NCBI GenBank assembly: GCA_965203805.1
Contig: OZ241917.1
Span: forward strand, 1,216,001-1,280,000
Reading direction: 5' to 3'
DNA: 64,000 bases
Source: Candidatus Latescibacterota bacterium
GTDB taxonomy: Bacteria; Latescibacterota; UBA2968; GCA-2709665
Under the pieces are notes generated by a model. It was not told where the DNA came from. It made no database searches and saw nothing but the letters and a program-made list of their open reading frames with translations. The position numbers and the translations under genes were made by a program. Positions 32,190 through 41,172 of the stretch are shown piece after piece. Positions within the stretch are counted from its first letter, which is position 1. Each line of letters begins with the position of its first letter.

Positions 32190-33191
32190 TCAGTTCCCCC
32201 CTGCTGTCGCCGGCTGAGCGGATTTCGCTGCCCTGGGTTGCAACTGAAGCATGTTCAGGAAACCGCTTCCCTTGCCGTCGGACTCCACCACGTATTTCTG
32301 AATGCCCGGCAGGATCTTCTCCATGGTTTCCAGATAGAGCCTGACCTCGGTCACGTCTTTCGCCTTGCGGTACTCCTTCAGGACCTCCAGGAAGCGCTCC
32401 GCGTCGCCCTGGGACCGTTTGACCCGCTCCACCGTATACGCCTCCGCCTCGCGGATCATCTGCTCGGCTTCGCCCCGTGCCTTGGGGATCACTTCGTTCC
32501 GATAGGCTTCGGCCTCGTTGCGCAACCGTTCTCGATCCTCGCGGGCGCTGGCGACGTCCTTGAACGCGTGATCCACCTCGCGCGGGACCGACACTGTCTG
32601 CAACTTTACATTCTCCACGTGCACACCGATGTCGTAGAGATCGAACACCTCTTTGACCTGTTCCTCAATCTCGGTCTGGATCTTGAATTTGCCCTCGGTG
32701 AGCGCTTCGTCGATCGCCGATCGGCCAACCACCTGTCGCAGCGCCGCTTCCACCACGCTCCGGACGGCGTGCACCTGGTCGGCGGCGTTGAACAGATAAT
32801 CTTCGATGTCGCTGATCCGATACTGGACGATCAGTTCCACGTTCACGATATTTTCGTCGCCGGTGAGCATGGACGCCTCGCGGCTCACGTTCTGATACCG
32901 GGGCACCGGCTCCACGGCGATGGTCCGAAACCCGATCTCAACCCGCTTCACCTCGCTGACCCGCTCGATTTCCACCGACTCGACGGGCCACGGAAGATGG
33001 TAGTGTATGCCGGGCTCCTCCACGCCCATGGATTTGCCGAACCGCAGTACCACCGCCTGTTCGGCCGGCTGCACGATGTAAATCCCGCTGAGCAGCCACA
33101 GCAGGACGAGGACGCCCAGCCCGTAATAGACCAGCCGGGGGCTGAGGGACAGGTCGAAACTCGGCCGACCCGGAAAATCGTATTGTTGCAT
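32190..33191 (-). CDS. hflK: FtsH modulator HflK
   Basis: VVLRFG, MLTGDENIV, NEAEAY.N.VIP.ARG, RLYLETME. Confidence 0.95.
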   Translation of the reverse strand: MQQYDFPGRPSFDLSLSPRLVYYGLGVLVLLWLLSGIYIVQPAEQAVVLRFGKSMGVEEPGIHYHLPWPVESVEIERVSEVKRVEIGFRTIAVEPVPRYQNVSREASMLTGDENIVNVELIVQYRISDIEDYLFNAADQVHAVRSVVEAALRQVVGRSAIDEALTEGKFKIQTEIEEQVKEVFDLYDIGVHVENVKLQTVSVPREVDHAFKDVASAREDRERLRNEAEAYRNEVIPKARGEAEQMIREAEAYTVERVKRSQGDAERFLEVLKEYRKAKDVTEVRLYLETMEKILPGIQKYVVESDGKGSGFLNMLQLQPRAAKSAQPATAGGN

Positions 33192-33266
33192 AGGGCAAAC
33201 CCCTTGATGAAATGGCCTGCATCGGAATGCCGCCGGAACGTGAGGATGCGGCGGGCGAACCTTCCG

Positions 33267-34190
33267 TTAATTCAGATAATCGCCAATCCGGGCCATCTGC
33301 TCGATGCCACGGAGGCAGCATGTAACGCCCGCGACGCGATTGGCGGTCCGAACGGCCGAGGGAACGCTGCCGGTCTTGAGAAACGACCACGTGAAGCCCA
33401 TCAGGAACGCGTCGCCGCATCCGGTCTCGTCAACCGGAACGGCGGCGGCCTGCGCCGGATAGTGTCGGACTTCAACGAAGCCCCGCGGATTTCTGGCGAC
33501 CGAATCGGCCCCATCTTCGCCGCGGGTAATCAACAGCGCCCTTGGCCCCAGGGACAGAACCCGCTCGCCGAATTTCCGGGCGGCCTCTTCGCTGTCCAGG
33601 GACCCGCCGGCCAGGAGTTCACCCTCGCGCTCGTTCAGCTGGACGACATCCGCACAGCCCAGCCACGCCTCCCACCGGGGGGGCACGCGGAAAAACCTGC
33701 GGCAATTGTTGTCGATTCCCAGCGTGAGGCTGTGAACGTCCATCAGCACGAGACCGCTGGAGGCGCGCCGGAAGGCCTGCAGCGCCTGTAGCTCAAGTTC
33801 CATGCCGGTGATGAAATTGACGCAGACCGCATCGCAGCCGTTAAACGGCAGAAGCCGCTCGACGGTCAGCACGGGTACGCCGCCCAGAAGTGTTTCCTGC
33901 TTCCGATTCCTGGAATCGTACGTCAGGAAACAATGGGGGTTCGGTTCCGGCACGAACCGTACGCCGTCCATCCGCACGGACGCCATCGAGCCCAGCAGAC
34001 GCCGAACCGCGTCTTCGACGTCCTTACCCACGTTGCACACCGGAAATATCGTGGCGGAACCCACCTCGGCCAGCGCCGCGATACTGTAAAGGATGCCGCC
34101 GTAACTATTGGTTCGGGTCCCGTCTGGCGTCAAGATCGTATCCCGGTTGATTGAACCGACCACCGCGATACGACGCGCGTTTCCGGACAT
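33267..34190 (-). CDS. PfkB-family carbohydrate kinase
   Basis: N-terminal GG motif, NEREG, ITRG..G, DETGCGDAF. Confidence 0.9.
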   Translation of the reverse strand: MSGNARRIAVVGSINRDTILTPDGTRTNSYGGILYSIAALAEVGSATIFPVCNVGKDVEDAVRRLLGSMASVRMDGVRFVPEPNPHCFLTYDSRNRKQETLLGGVPVLTVERLLPFNGCDAVCVNFITGMELELQALQAFRRASSGLVLMDVHSLTLGIDNNCRRFFRVPPRWEAWLGCADVVQLNEREGELLAGGSLDSEEAARKFGERVLSLGPRALLITRGEDGADSVARNPRGFVEVRHYPAQAAAVPVDETGCGDAFLMGFTWSFLKTGSVPSAVRTANRVAGVTCCLRGIEQMARIGDYLN

Positions 34191-34217
34191 CGCCCACCTC
34201 ACCGGAGACAGTTTTTG

Positions 34218-34246
34218 AATCTACCACAAATCCCGGTACGTGTCAA
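34218..34246 (-). promoter_or_regulatory. Sigma70 promoter of the pfkB-hflKC-coaE operon
   Basis: TTGACA-17 nt-TAGATT on the minus strand. Confidence 0.7.
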
Positions 34247-34300
34247 CCCCAATCCCCCCTGTCTGAACCGCCCGTTACCGCCGTCCCGGCGCCGCCGGCG

Positions 34301-36382
34301 TCACCCCGCATGCCCCGTCCGACTCTCCAGGTCTACGGATTCGGCGCGCCTTCGCAACGCCTCGTGGCGTTCCAGGTCCGGGTCCCGATCCAGGAGCCGG
34401 ACCGCTTCCTCACGAGCCGACCGGACCAGGTCCACGTCCCGCGACAGGTCGGCAAATCGAAACTCCGGATACCCCGCCTGCCGGGTGCCGAAGATCTGTC
34501 CCGGTCCGCGGATCTTCAAGTCCATCTCCGCGATTTCGAACCCGTCGCCGGTGGCGGCCATCGCGTCCAGCCTGGCGCGCGCGTCCGGGGTGAGGTCACC
34601 TTCCGGGTCGGCGATCAGGATACAGTACGAATCCGCGGCGCCCCGGCCCACGCGGCCTCTGAGCTGGTGGAGTTGCGCCAGGCCGAACCGTTCCGCGTGT
34701 TCCACCATCATCACCGTCGCGCCGGGAACGTCCACCCCGACCTCGATCACCGTCGTGGAGACCAGGACGTCCAGCGCGCCCTTCCGGAACGCGGCCATCA
34801 CCCCCTCTTTCTCCGCGGGAGGAAGGCGTCCGTGCAGCAGCCCGAGTCTCAACCCCGACAGGACGCCGTCCCGCAATTCCCCGAACGCCGAGGACGCGGC
34901 CCTGATGTCCCCCGCTCCGGACGCTTCGATCAGAGGAAAGACGATGTAAGCCTGCCCGCCTTCCAACACCCGTTCGCGCAGGAAGCGATAGGCTCTTTCC
35001 CTGTCCGCCGGGGTCCGCCAGCCGGTCTTCACCGGCTGCCGTCCGGGGGGCAGTTCGTCAAGCACCGTCACTTCCAGGTCCCCGTACAGCGTGAGCGCAA
35101 GCGAGCGGGGTATGGGCGTGGCGGTCATCACCAGCAGGTGGGCGCGGGCCTCCATTTCCAGCAGCGCGGCGCGCTGCAGCACGCCGAACCGATGCTGCTC
35201 GTCCACGACCGCAAGACCCAGCCCGGCGAAAACGACGTCCTCCTGCAACAGCGCGTGGGTGCCCGTCACCAGATGAACGCGGCCCGAGGCGAGACCTGAG
35301 AGGATTTCGCGACGCCGTGCCCGGGTCTGCCGCCCGGTGAGGCACGCCACCGAGAGCCCCAGCGGGGCCGTTAGCGTCTGGATGGTCTCGGCGTGCTGCT
35401 CGGCCAGAATCTCGGTAGGGGCCATCAGCGCCGCCTGAGCGCCGCCGTCCACCGCCGACAGCATGGCCGCCGTGGCCACCAGGGTCTTGCCCGAACCGAC
35501 GTCGCCCTGCAGCAGCCGGCGCATGGGCCTGCCCCGCGCGAGGTCCCCGCCGATCTCGTCCATCGCCCGTTGCTGGGCGCCGGTGGGTTCGAAGGGCAAT
35601 GTCGCCATCAATCGCGCGGTCAGGACGCCACTCTCGGTAGCCACGGGGCCCGGCCGTCCGCTCCTGGCCGGCTGCAACCCCCTCAGGCGCAGTTGGAGAT
35701 AGAGCAACTCATCGAACGCGAGCCTGCGCCGGGCCGCCTCCACATCCTGTCTCGCGTCCGGAAAATGAAGCATTGTCACGGCTTCACGGAGCGGGGGCGA
35801 CCCGAAACGGGCCCGCAGCGCGTCCGGCAAGGGGTCTTCCAAATCCACGTCCTGCAGCGCGTGGTAGATGACGCGGCGCAACCCGCGACTGGTGAGTCGC
35901 TCGGCCTTCATCCGCGCCGTTGTCGAATAGACGGGTATCACGCGTCCCGTATGGACCCGCGTCCCCTCGTCGCGCTCGGAAATCACCTCGACGTCGGGGT
36001 GGACCATCTGCCGCTTGCGGCCGAATCTGGTCACTTTGCCACCAACAGCCAGGAGGTCGCCGGGCGCAAACGCCTGCCGCAGGTATCGGTGCCCCGCAAA
36101 CCAGACGCATTCCAGGGCGCCCGATTCGTCTTCCAGCACGAGTACGAACCGGGGCCGCCTGCCCGGAACCACGTTCACGTCGCGAACCGTGGCGACGGCC
36201 GTGACCTCTCCGCCTGCACCCAGATCCGCGATGCGCGACTGCCGCGACCGGTCCAGGTACCGGTACGGCAGGTAGAGGAGGAGATCCGCAAGGGTGACGA
36301 TCCCCACCTCCCGCAGCAGATCCTCCCGTTTCGCGCCGACGCCGCGGGCCGTACTGACTGGAAGGTCCAGTTCGGGAAACAT
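34301..36382 (-). CDS. recG: ATP-dependent DNA helicase RecG
   Basis: RRRLAFDEL, QGDVGSGKT, DEQHRFG, MTATPIPR, QLHQLRGRVGR; RBS GAGG before ATG 36382. Confidence 0.97.
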   Translation of the reverse strand: MFPELDLPVSTARGVGAKREDLLREVGIVTLADLLLYLPYRYLDRSRQSRIADLGAGGEVTAVATVRDVNVVPGRRPRFVLVLEDESGALECVWFAGHRYLRQAFAPGDLLAVGGKVTRFGRKRQMVHPDVEVISERDEGTRVHTGRVIPVYSTTARMKAERLTSRGLRRVIYHALQDVDLEDPLPDALRARFGSPPLREAVTMLHFPDARQDVEAARRRLAFDELLYLQLRLRGLQPARSGRPGPVATESGVLTARLMATLPFEPTGAQQRAMDEIGGDLARGRPMRRLLQGDVGSGKTLVATAAMLSAVDGGAQAALMAPTEILAEQHAETIQTLTAPLGLSVACLTGRQTRARRREILSGLASGRVHLVTGTHALLQEDVVFAGLGLAVVDEQHRFGVLQRAALLEMEARAHLLVMTATPIPRSLALTLYGDLEVTVLDELPPGRQPVKTGWRTPADRERAYRFLRERVLEGGQAYIVFPLIEASGAGDIRAASSAFGELRDGVLSGLRLGLLHGRLPPAEKEGVMAAFRKGALDVLVSTTVIEVGVDVPGATVMMVEHAERFGLAQLHQLRGRVGRGAADSYCILIADPEGDLTPDARARLDAMAATGDGFEIAEMDLKIRGPGQIFGTRQAGYPEFRFADLSRDVDLVRSAREEAVRLLDRDPDLERHEALRRRAESVDLESRTGHAG

Positions 36383-36499
36383 CGAATTACCTCTCGCGGC
36401 TTCGCGGGGTAGCCCGGCGACGGCGCCCGCCACGGCTGCAGACAAGGTGGACCCGCGCCGGCGCGAAGGGGCACGGCGCGTGATGCGCGGGACCGTGCG

Positions 36500-36528
36500 A
36501 ATATAGATCATCCGAAAAACCCCGTCAA
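36500..36528 (-). promoter_or_regulatory. Sigma70 promoter of recG
   Basis: TTGACG-17 nt-TATATT on the minus strand. Confidence 0.65.
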
Positions 36529-36698
36529 GACCCCGCCCGTTTTCCCTCGCCCCGACAACGGGCAAGCGCAATTTCCTTGATCACGCACGGACCGCGCGTT
36601 ATCATGCCTGTGCGTCTGCATCTGTGTCGAGTTTTCACGCCACCTTGAGACGTGCGGTTTCACCCGCGAATCAATAGGCCCCCGCGCCAGGAAGAGCA

Positions 36699-37385
36699 AT
36701 GGATTCCGGTTCCATCCACGACGCCGCCGGCAGCGGCGACCTCGACACATTGAAGAAAATCGTCGAGGAACACCCCGAGGCGATCGACCAGGACGATCAG
36801 CACGGGTGGCGCCCCATATTCCACGCCGGTCTGCGCCGCCGCCTCAATATTGTCCGATATCTGATCGACAACGGCGCCGACCTTGCGGCTCACGACGGGT
36901 ACGTGATGCACTATGCTGCCGAAGTGCCCGACAATAGAGACGTTGTGTCGTTGCTGGTCGCGTACGGCGGAGTGGACGCCCACACGAAACCGGCGAGCGA
37001 AGTTGCGCGCCAGTTCATCTATTCGGTCTTTCTGGCAAACGCGCCGCGTGTCGATGCCATGCTCCACGCGAATGGGTGGCTCACGCATGAACGGTACGCG
37101 CGCGGTGATACGGCCCTGCACCACGCCTGCCGGAATGGCGACCTGGACGTCGTCATCCACCTCGTCGCTCACGGCGCAGACGTCAATGCCAGGTCGGACA
37201 ACGGTCACTTTCCGCTGTACTGCGCCGCGGGACACGGACACGCGGAAACAACGCGGTACGTCCTCGAGCGCGGCGCGGACCCGGACGAGAGCATGCCGGA
37301 TGGCAAAACGGTTGCCGTCTGGTTGCGACAATACGCCCACCATGACTGCCGGATGAAGGCTTGTCTGGAGATACTCGACATGTGA
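36699..37385 (+). CDS. Ankyrin-repeat protein
   Basis: IHDAA..GD, GDTALHHAC..G, PLYCAA..GH, GAD repeats. Confidence 0.9.
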   Translation: MDSGSIHDAAGSGDLDTLKKIVEEHPEAIDQDDQHGWRPIFHAGLRRRLNIVRYLIDNGADLAAHDGYVMHYAAEVPDNRDVVSLLVAYGGVDAHTKPASEVARQFIYSVFLANAPRVDAMLHANGWLTHERYARGDTALHHACRNGDLDVVIHLVAHGADVNARSDNGHFPLYCAAGHGHAETTRYVLERGADPDESMPDGKTVAVWLRQYAHHDCRMKACLEILDM

Positions 37386-38012
37386 TCGATCGATATTGCG
37401 GGCCGGCAGCCGCCCGGTACCCGCCGGTGGCGACCTCACCGTCGCCCGGCGGCGCGGGGCGAAACGACGGCCGGAGTGTCTCCGGATTCTGTTCGACGAG
37501 ACAGACGTCAAGGGTGGTCGATAAATTCACTTGACAAGGATTGCGCCATTCCTTTTATTAGGGAAACGTGGAAATATATTTGTACTGCGTATCAAGGCTA
37601 TTTCCCCGGTATGACCGTAATAAACGCCATCCAGAGACGCTATCTGCTGTAGCACGACGGCCTGTGTTTCGGTAAAATTCGCATGAGGCGCGCCAACCTG
37701 CCGATCGCCAGGCCATTCCACGCGTGAGGGTCGAATGTAACAGGTCCACACCCAAATCCCGCAGCCCGCAAGTCGGGTCGTCCATTCAATAACAATCGCA
37801 ACGCGGTTTGCAACTCATCTTACGGAAGCACCCCCAAACTGATCGGAGTGACCGATTCACGACAGTCGAAACGATGAAGTCTGAAGGTGGTTTTTTGTAG
37901 GATGTTCGTGACGGGGAGGCATACCCTGACGCCCACGCCGCCCCGTCGGCAACCGTTGCGGCCATCATCTTCCACGGGCCGCGGCAAGTAACTTATTTTT
38001 AGGGAGGTAGAC

Positions 38013-38342
38013 ATGGCAGGTAGAGTTATCGTAGGTCTCATCGCCCTCGGCGCGATTATTGGGGGCCTGGCTGGCGACGGGTTCCTGGGAGAGGGAATCC
38101 TCGCGCTCGTGCTGGTCATCCTGGGTCTCGCCTATGCGGGCGTTGCGATCGACGCTGAGGACGCAACGGCCTACCTCGTGCTCGCACTTGCCGTCGGCGG
38201 CGCAGGGATGGCGAACGTGCTGGGTAACATCCCGGGAATCGGCGAGAAGCTGGACGCAATCGTCGATCTGTCCAGCGTTTCCCTGTATGCCGGTGTGGTT
38301 ACCGTGCTTGTGCAGCGGACTCTGAATCGGCTAAAAGGTTAG
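38013..38342 (+). CDS. Small integral membrane protein of unknown function
   Basis: Strong RBS GGAGGT; about four hydrophobic helices. Confidence 0.8.
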   Translation: MAGRVIVGLIALGAIIGGLAGDGFLGEGILALVLVILGLAYAGVAIDAEDATAYLVLALAVGGAGMANVLGNIPGIGEKLDAIVDLSSVSLYAGVVTVLVQRTLNRLKG

Positions 38343-38569
38343 TAATTCTGGCGGAATAAGTACGCAGCAAATGCAGGCAAGACTCTTGAGGTAAAAAACA
38401 GGGCGACCGCATTCGCCGGTGTCAATGAGCCGATTTGTCCTTGTCTCGCATTTCGAACTCCCCCATCGAAATGCGGATAAGGCGACGTCAGCGTGAGAAT
38501 GGCCGCCTTTCGAACAAGAGAGATCGAAGCACTCCTGTCTGCATGGCACGGTACCAAAAGAGTTTCTGG

Positions 38570-38615
38570 ACAGGTCGCCGGATTTTCTGACCCGATTTCC
38601 GGCGATCTGTTTTTG
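38570..38615 (+). terminator. Putative intrinsic terminator
   Basis: ACAGGTCGCCGGA...TCCGGCGATCTGT stem followed by a T tract. Confidence 0.55.
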
Positions 38616-38619
38616 TGTA

Positions 38620-38658
38620 CAAGACCCCCGGGGGTACCGCGGGGGTCTTGTCGTATCC
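38620..38658 (+). repeat. Hairpin with conserved tail, copy 2
   Basis: CAAGACCCCCG...CGGGGGTCTTG stem plus TCGTATCC; tail matches 18258-18274. Confidence 0.65.
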
Positions 38659-38822
38659 CACAGATCCGGTCGCAGACTGTATCCGGCGCACCAATATACA
38701 TTCACCTGTTTATGTCCATCCAGTCTCGCAATCCAAAAAAAAGCCGCTGGTCCCGTGCCGGCACAGGCCCCTTGGTTTCAACGTCTGGAGGGAGCCCTCA
38801 CGATCGAGCGGAGACACGTAAG

Positions 38823-40988
38823 ATGTCGCCCCGTCGCGCGATGCGAGCCTCCATACTTCTGCTGGCCCTGGTCGTCGTCGGATGCCAGCCGGACGAAACG
38901 GTAACCGTCTCCGGCGCGGTGTCGAAACCGGGGAATTACCGATTCGCGCCGGGCAGGCCGGCCGCTGAATATGTGGAGGATGCGGGCGGCGCAACGGAAG
39001 AGGCGCTGACGGTTGAGGCCTACGTCTTGCGTTCGTGGACGGACACGTCCGCTGCGGCGGAAGGCGGAAACGCGACGATTCCGCTCTCGGATAATCCGGA
39101 GCTGTCGCCCGGGGATGAGATACGGATTCCCGCGCGGGTCTATGACGTGCGGCTGGACACCGTTCGGCGTGTGAGCGACGTCCGGCTGGCCTACCGGGAT
39201 CGAATCTATCGGATTCCCTCGGGCGCTCTGGTGACCGGGCGAACTGAACGCGGCGTCCAGGTGGCGGTGATGCTGGGGCGCGGAGAGGCAATTGAGCCCC
39301 CCGATACCGCCAAGGCCGTTTCCGCCTTTCACTATCTGTACATCCATCTGCATCCCGGCGAATACCCGCGCCTGGCGCGATTCGCCGGCGAAGTTCTGGA
39401 CAGCATGGACGTGCTCGATGACGCCCGCGTCATCCACACGCGCGTCGTAAGCTCCCTGGAACACCGGCGTGCCGGAGGTCTGCAGCTTGCCCCCGACGGG
39501 TATTGGCGCGTGATCGAAGGCTTTTTCCTGGCCCCGAGGAAGACATCGCGCCCCGCAAGAGGCATGCGCAGGCGGCGGTTTGAGGACGGACGGGTGTTGA
39601 CGACCTTTCCGAACGGACGGGAACGATGGCAGCACCCCGACGGGCGGGTCAGGATAACGTCTCCAGGCGGCGCCACCGAAGACCGGCTACCCGACAGACG
39701 GATCGTGTTCACCGACCGGTGGAAGAACGTGCGTACCACATATCCCGACGGACGGATCAACGTGACGTTTTCAAGCGGCGCCACCGAAGACCGGTTTCCC
39801 GACGGAAGAATTGTATTCACCGACCGGCGGAAGAACGTTCGCACCATGTATCCCGACGGACGCCAGGAATTGCGAATGGCAACGGGCGGGCGGGTGATGC
39901 TCGGGGCCGACGGTACCGTGCTTCATTCCGGTTCCGCGGACAGCGCGGCCGCGGGACCTGATTCACGACAGGCGGCGACCGCCCGGATGGAGGAACATCC
40001 CCGGGACACGATCCGCGAACCCGTTGCGGCGACCCGGACCGGCGGCGACCGCCCGCCACCGCGCGGCGAGGGAAGCCTGCGTATCATCCCGTCCAATGAA
40101 TATGGGAAAATAAACGTTCTGGACGGTACGACCCGTGAGACGTTTCCAGACGGGCGACGGGTAGAGACCGATCACCTCGGTCAGAGAATCACCATCTGGC
40201 CCGACGGGAAAAAGGAACTCCGGATGCCTGCCGCCTACGGGTATCCGGGTGAGCTGAAGACGGAGCTTGCAACGGTCGACCGGCTTCCTGAAGCGGTCGA
40301 CGTGGGCGAGGAACTGACGGTGACGGGACAGATCCACGCCGAAGTGGAAGGAATCAACGTCATGGCGTTCCTCGTGCCCGATGGAGATGCGATCGAAGGC
40401 GACGTGCGCCGGGCGGAACGGCGGTTTCACGCGCGGTTCCGGTTCGGCGAGGCAGGGCATTGCCGCGTTCAGGTGCAGGTTGTATTGCCCAAGGCGCGCA
40501 CGTATACGGTTTCACACCAGTCTGTCATTGTCGGCAACCCCGATGGGCTGGAGGACGAAGTCCTTGAAATCCTTCCCTATCCTGGGGACGAGGCCGCGCA
40601 GTTGTTTCTGATCGATCGAATCAACGCTTCCCGGAAGCGGATTCGACGCCGTCCGGTCTCTCCGCATCCCGAACTGATGCACGTGGCCCGCATCCGGCTT
40701 GAAGAGATGCTTGCACAGGGTATCCTGTCCCATTATTCCATGGCGGGACTGGACGTGGGTTGGCATACGACCTACCGGCGGTTGCCCTTCCACCGCGTGA
40801 GTGAAAATGTGGCGAGAACCCGTTTTGTCGAGACGATGCACGCCGGCTGGATGCTGAGCGCGGGGCACCGTGCGAATATCCTGGCGAAGCACTGGACGCA
40901 CGTTGGGGTGGCGGTTGCGGAGGCGGAGGAATCGGTCTGGGGTGTTCAGGTGTTCGGACAGCGTTTCAACCGGAACCCTTTGCGGTAA
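38823..40988 (+). CDS. Lipoprotein: SLBB domain, PDG beta-repeats, C-terminal CAP/SCP domain
   Basis: Lipobox VVGC; V.VSGAV.KPG.Y...AGG...L.PGD.I.IP; many (F/Y/W)PDGR repeats; ENVA...WMLSAGHRANIL...HVGVAV. Confidence 0.75.
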   Translation: MSPRRAMRASILLLALVVVGCQPDETVTVSGAVSKPGNYRFAPGRPAAEYVEDAGGATEEALTVEAYVLRSWTDTSAAAEGGNATIPLSDNPELSPGDEIRIPARVYDVRLDTVRRVSDVRLAYRDRIYRIPSGALVTGRTERGVQVAVMLGRGEAIEPPDTAKAVSAFHYLYIHLHPGEYPRLARFAGEVLDSMDVLDDARVIHTRVVSSLEHRRAGGLQLAPDGYWRVIEGFFLAPRKTSRPARGMRRRRFEDGRVLTTFPNGRERWQHPDGRVRITSPGGATEDRLPDRRIVFTDRWKNVRTTYPDGRINVTFSSGATEDRFPDGRIVFTDRRKNVRTMYPDGRQELRMATGGRVMLGADGTVLHSGSADSAAAGPDSRQAATARMEEHPRDTIREPVAATRTGGDRPPPRGEGSLRIIPSNEYGKINVLDGTTRETFPDGRRVETDHLGQRITIWPDGKKELRMPAAYGYPGELKTELATVDRLPEAVDVGEELTVTGQIHAEVEGINVMAFLVPDGDAIEGDVRRAERRFHARFRFGEAGHCRVQVQVVLPKARTYTVSHQSVIVGNPDGLEDEVLEILPYPGDEAAQLFLIDRINASRKRIRRRPVSPHPELMHVARIRLEEMLAQGILSHYSMAGLDVGWHTTYRRLPFHRVSENVARTRFVETMHAGWMLSAGHRANILAKHWTHVGVAVAEAEESVWGVQVFGQRFNRNPLR

Positions 40989-40991
40989 ACG

Positions 40992-41130
40992 CCGCTGCAG
41001 GCGCGCCTGGCCCATCTGGCGCGCGCCCACGAAACCGCCCTGCTCTGCCTGACCTCAAAAGCCAGGGAGACGCCAAGGGCTGCGGCAATCTCTGCCGCCT
41101 GCTGACCGACGGGCATCTGCGTTCCTCCAA
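40992..41130 (+). pseudogene. Chimeric remnant: imuA fragment fused to dnaE2 fragment
   Basis: 40992-41074 is identical to 43662-43744 (83 bp); 41075-41130 matches 45642-45697 at 53/56. Confidence 0.92.
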
Positions 41131-41172
41131 CGTAAACAGGGATAGGAGCCGGCCTTTATTGTCACGGACCCG

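Noticed and set aside
36383-36571. N-terminal extensions of RecG, the SLBB protein (38493), S55 (43215) and the TPR protein (60783)
   Set aside because: Downstream starts have an RBS or signal peptide; the extensions cover promoters, hairpins or neighbouring genes
39600-39870. Repeats as a CRISPR array or DGR template/variable pair
   Set aside because: In-frame coding repeats without unique spacers; differences are not adenine-specific; no cas or reverse transcriptase gene in the window
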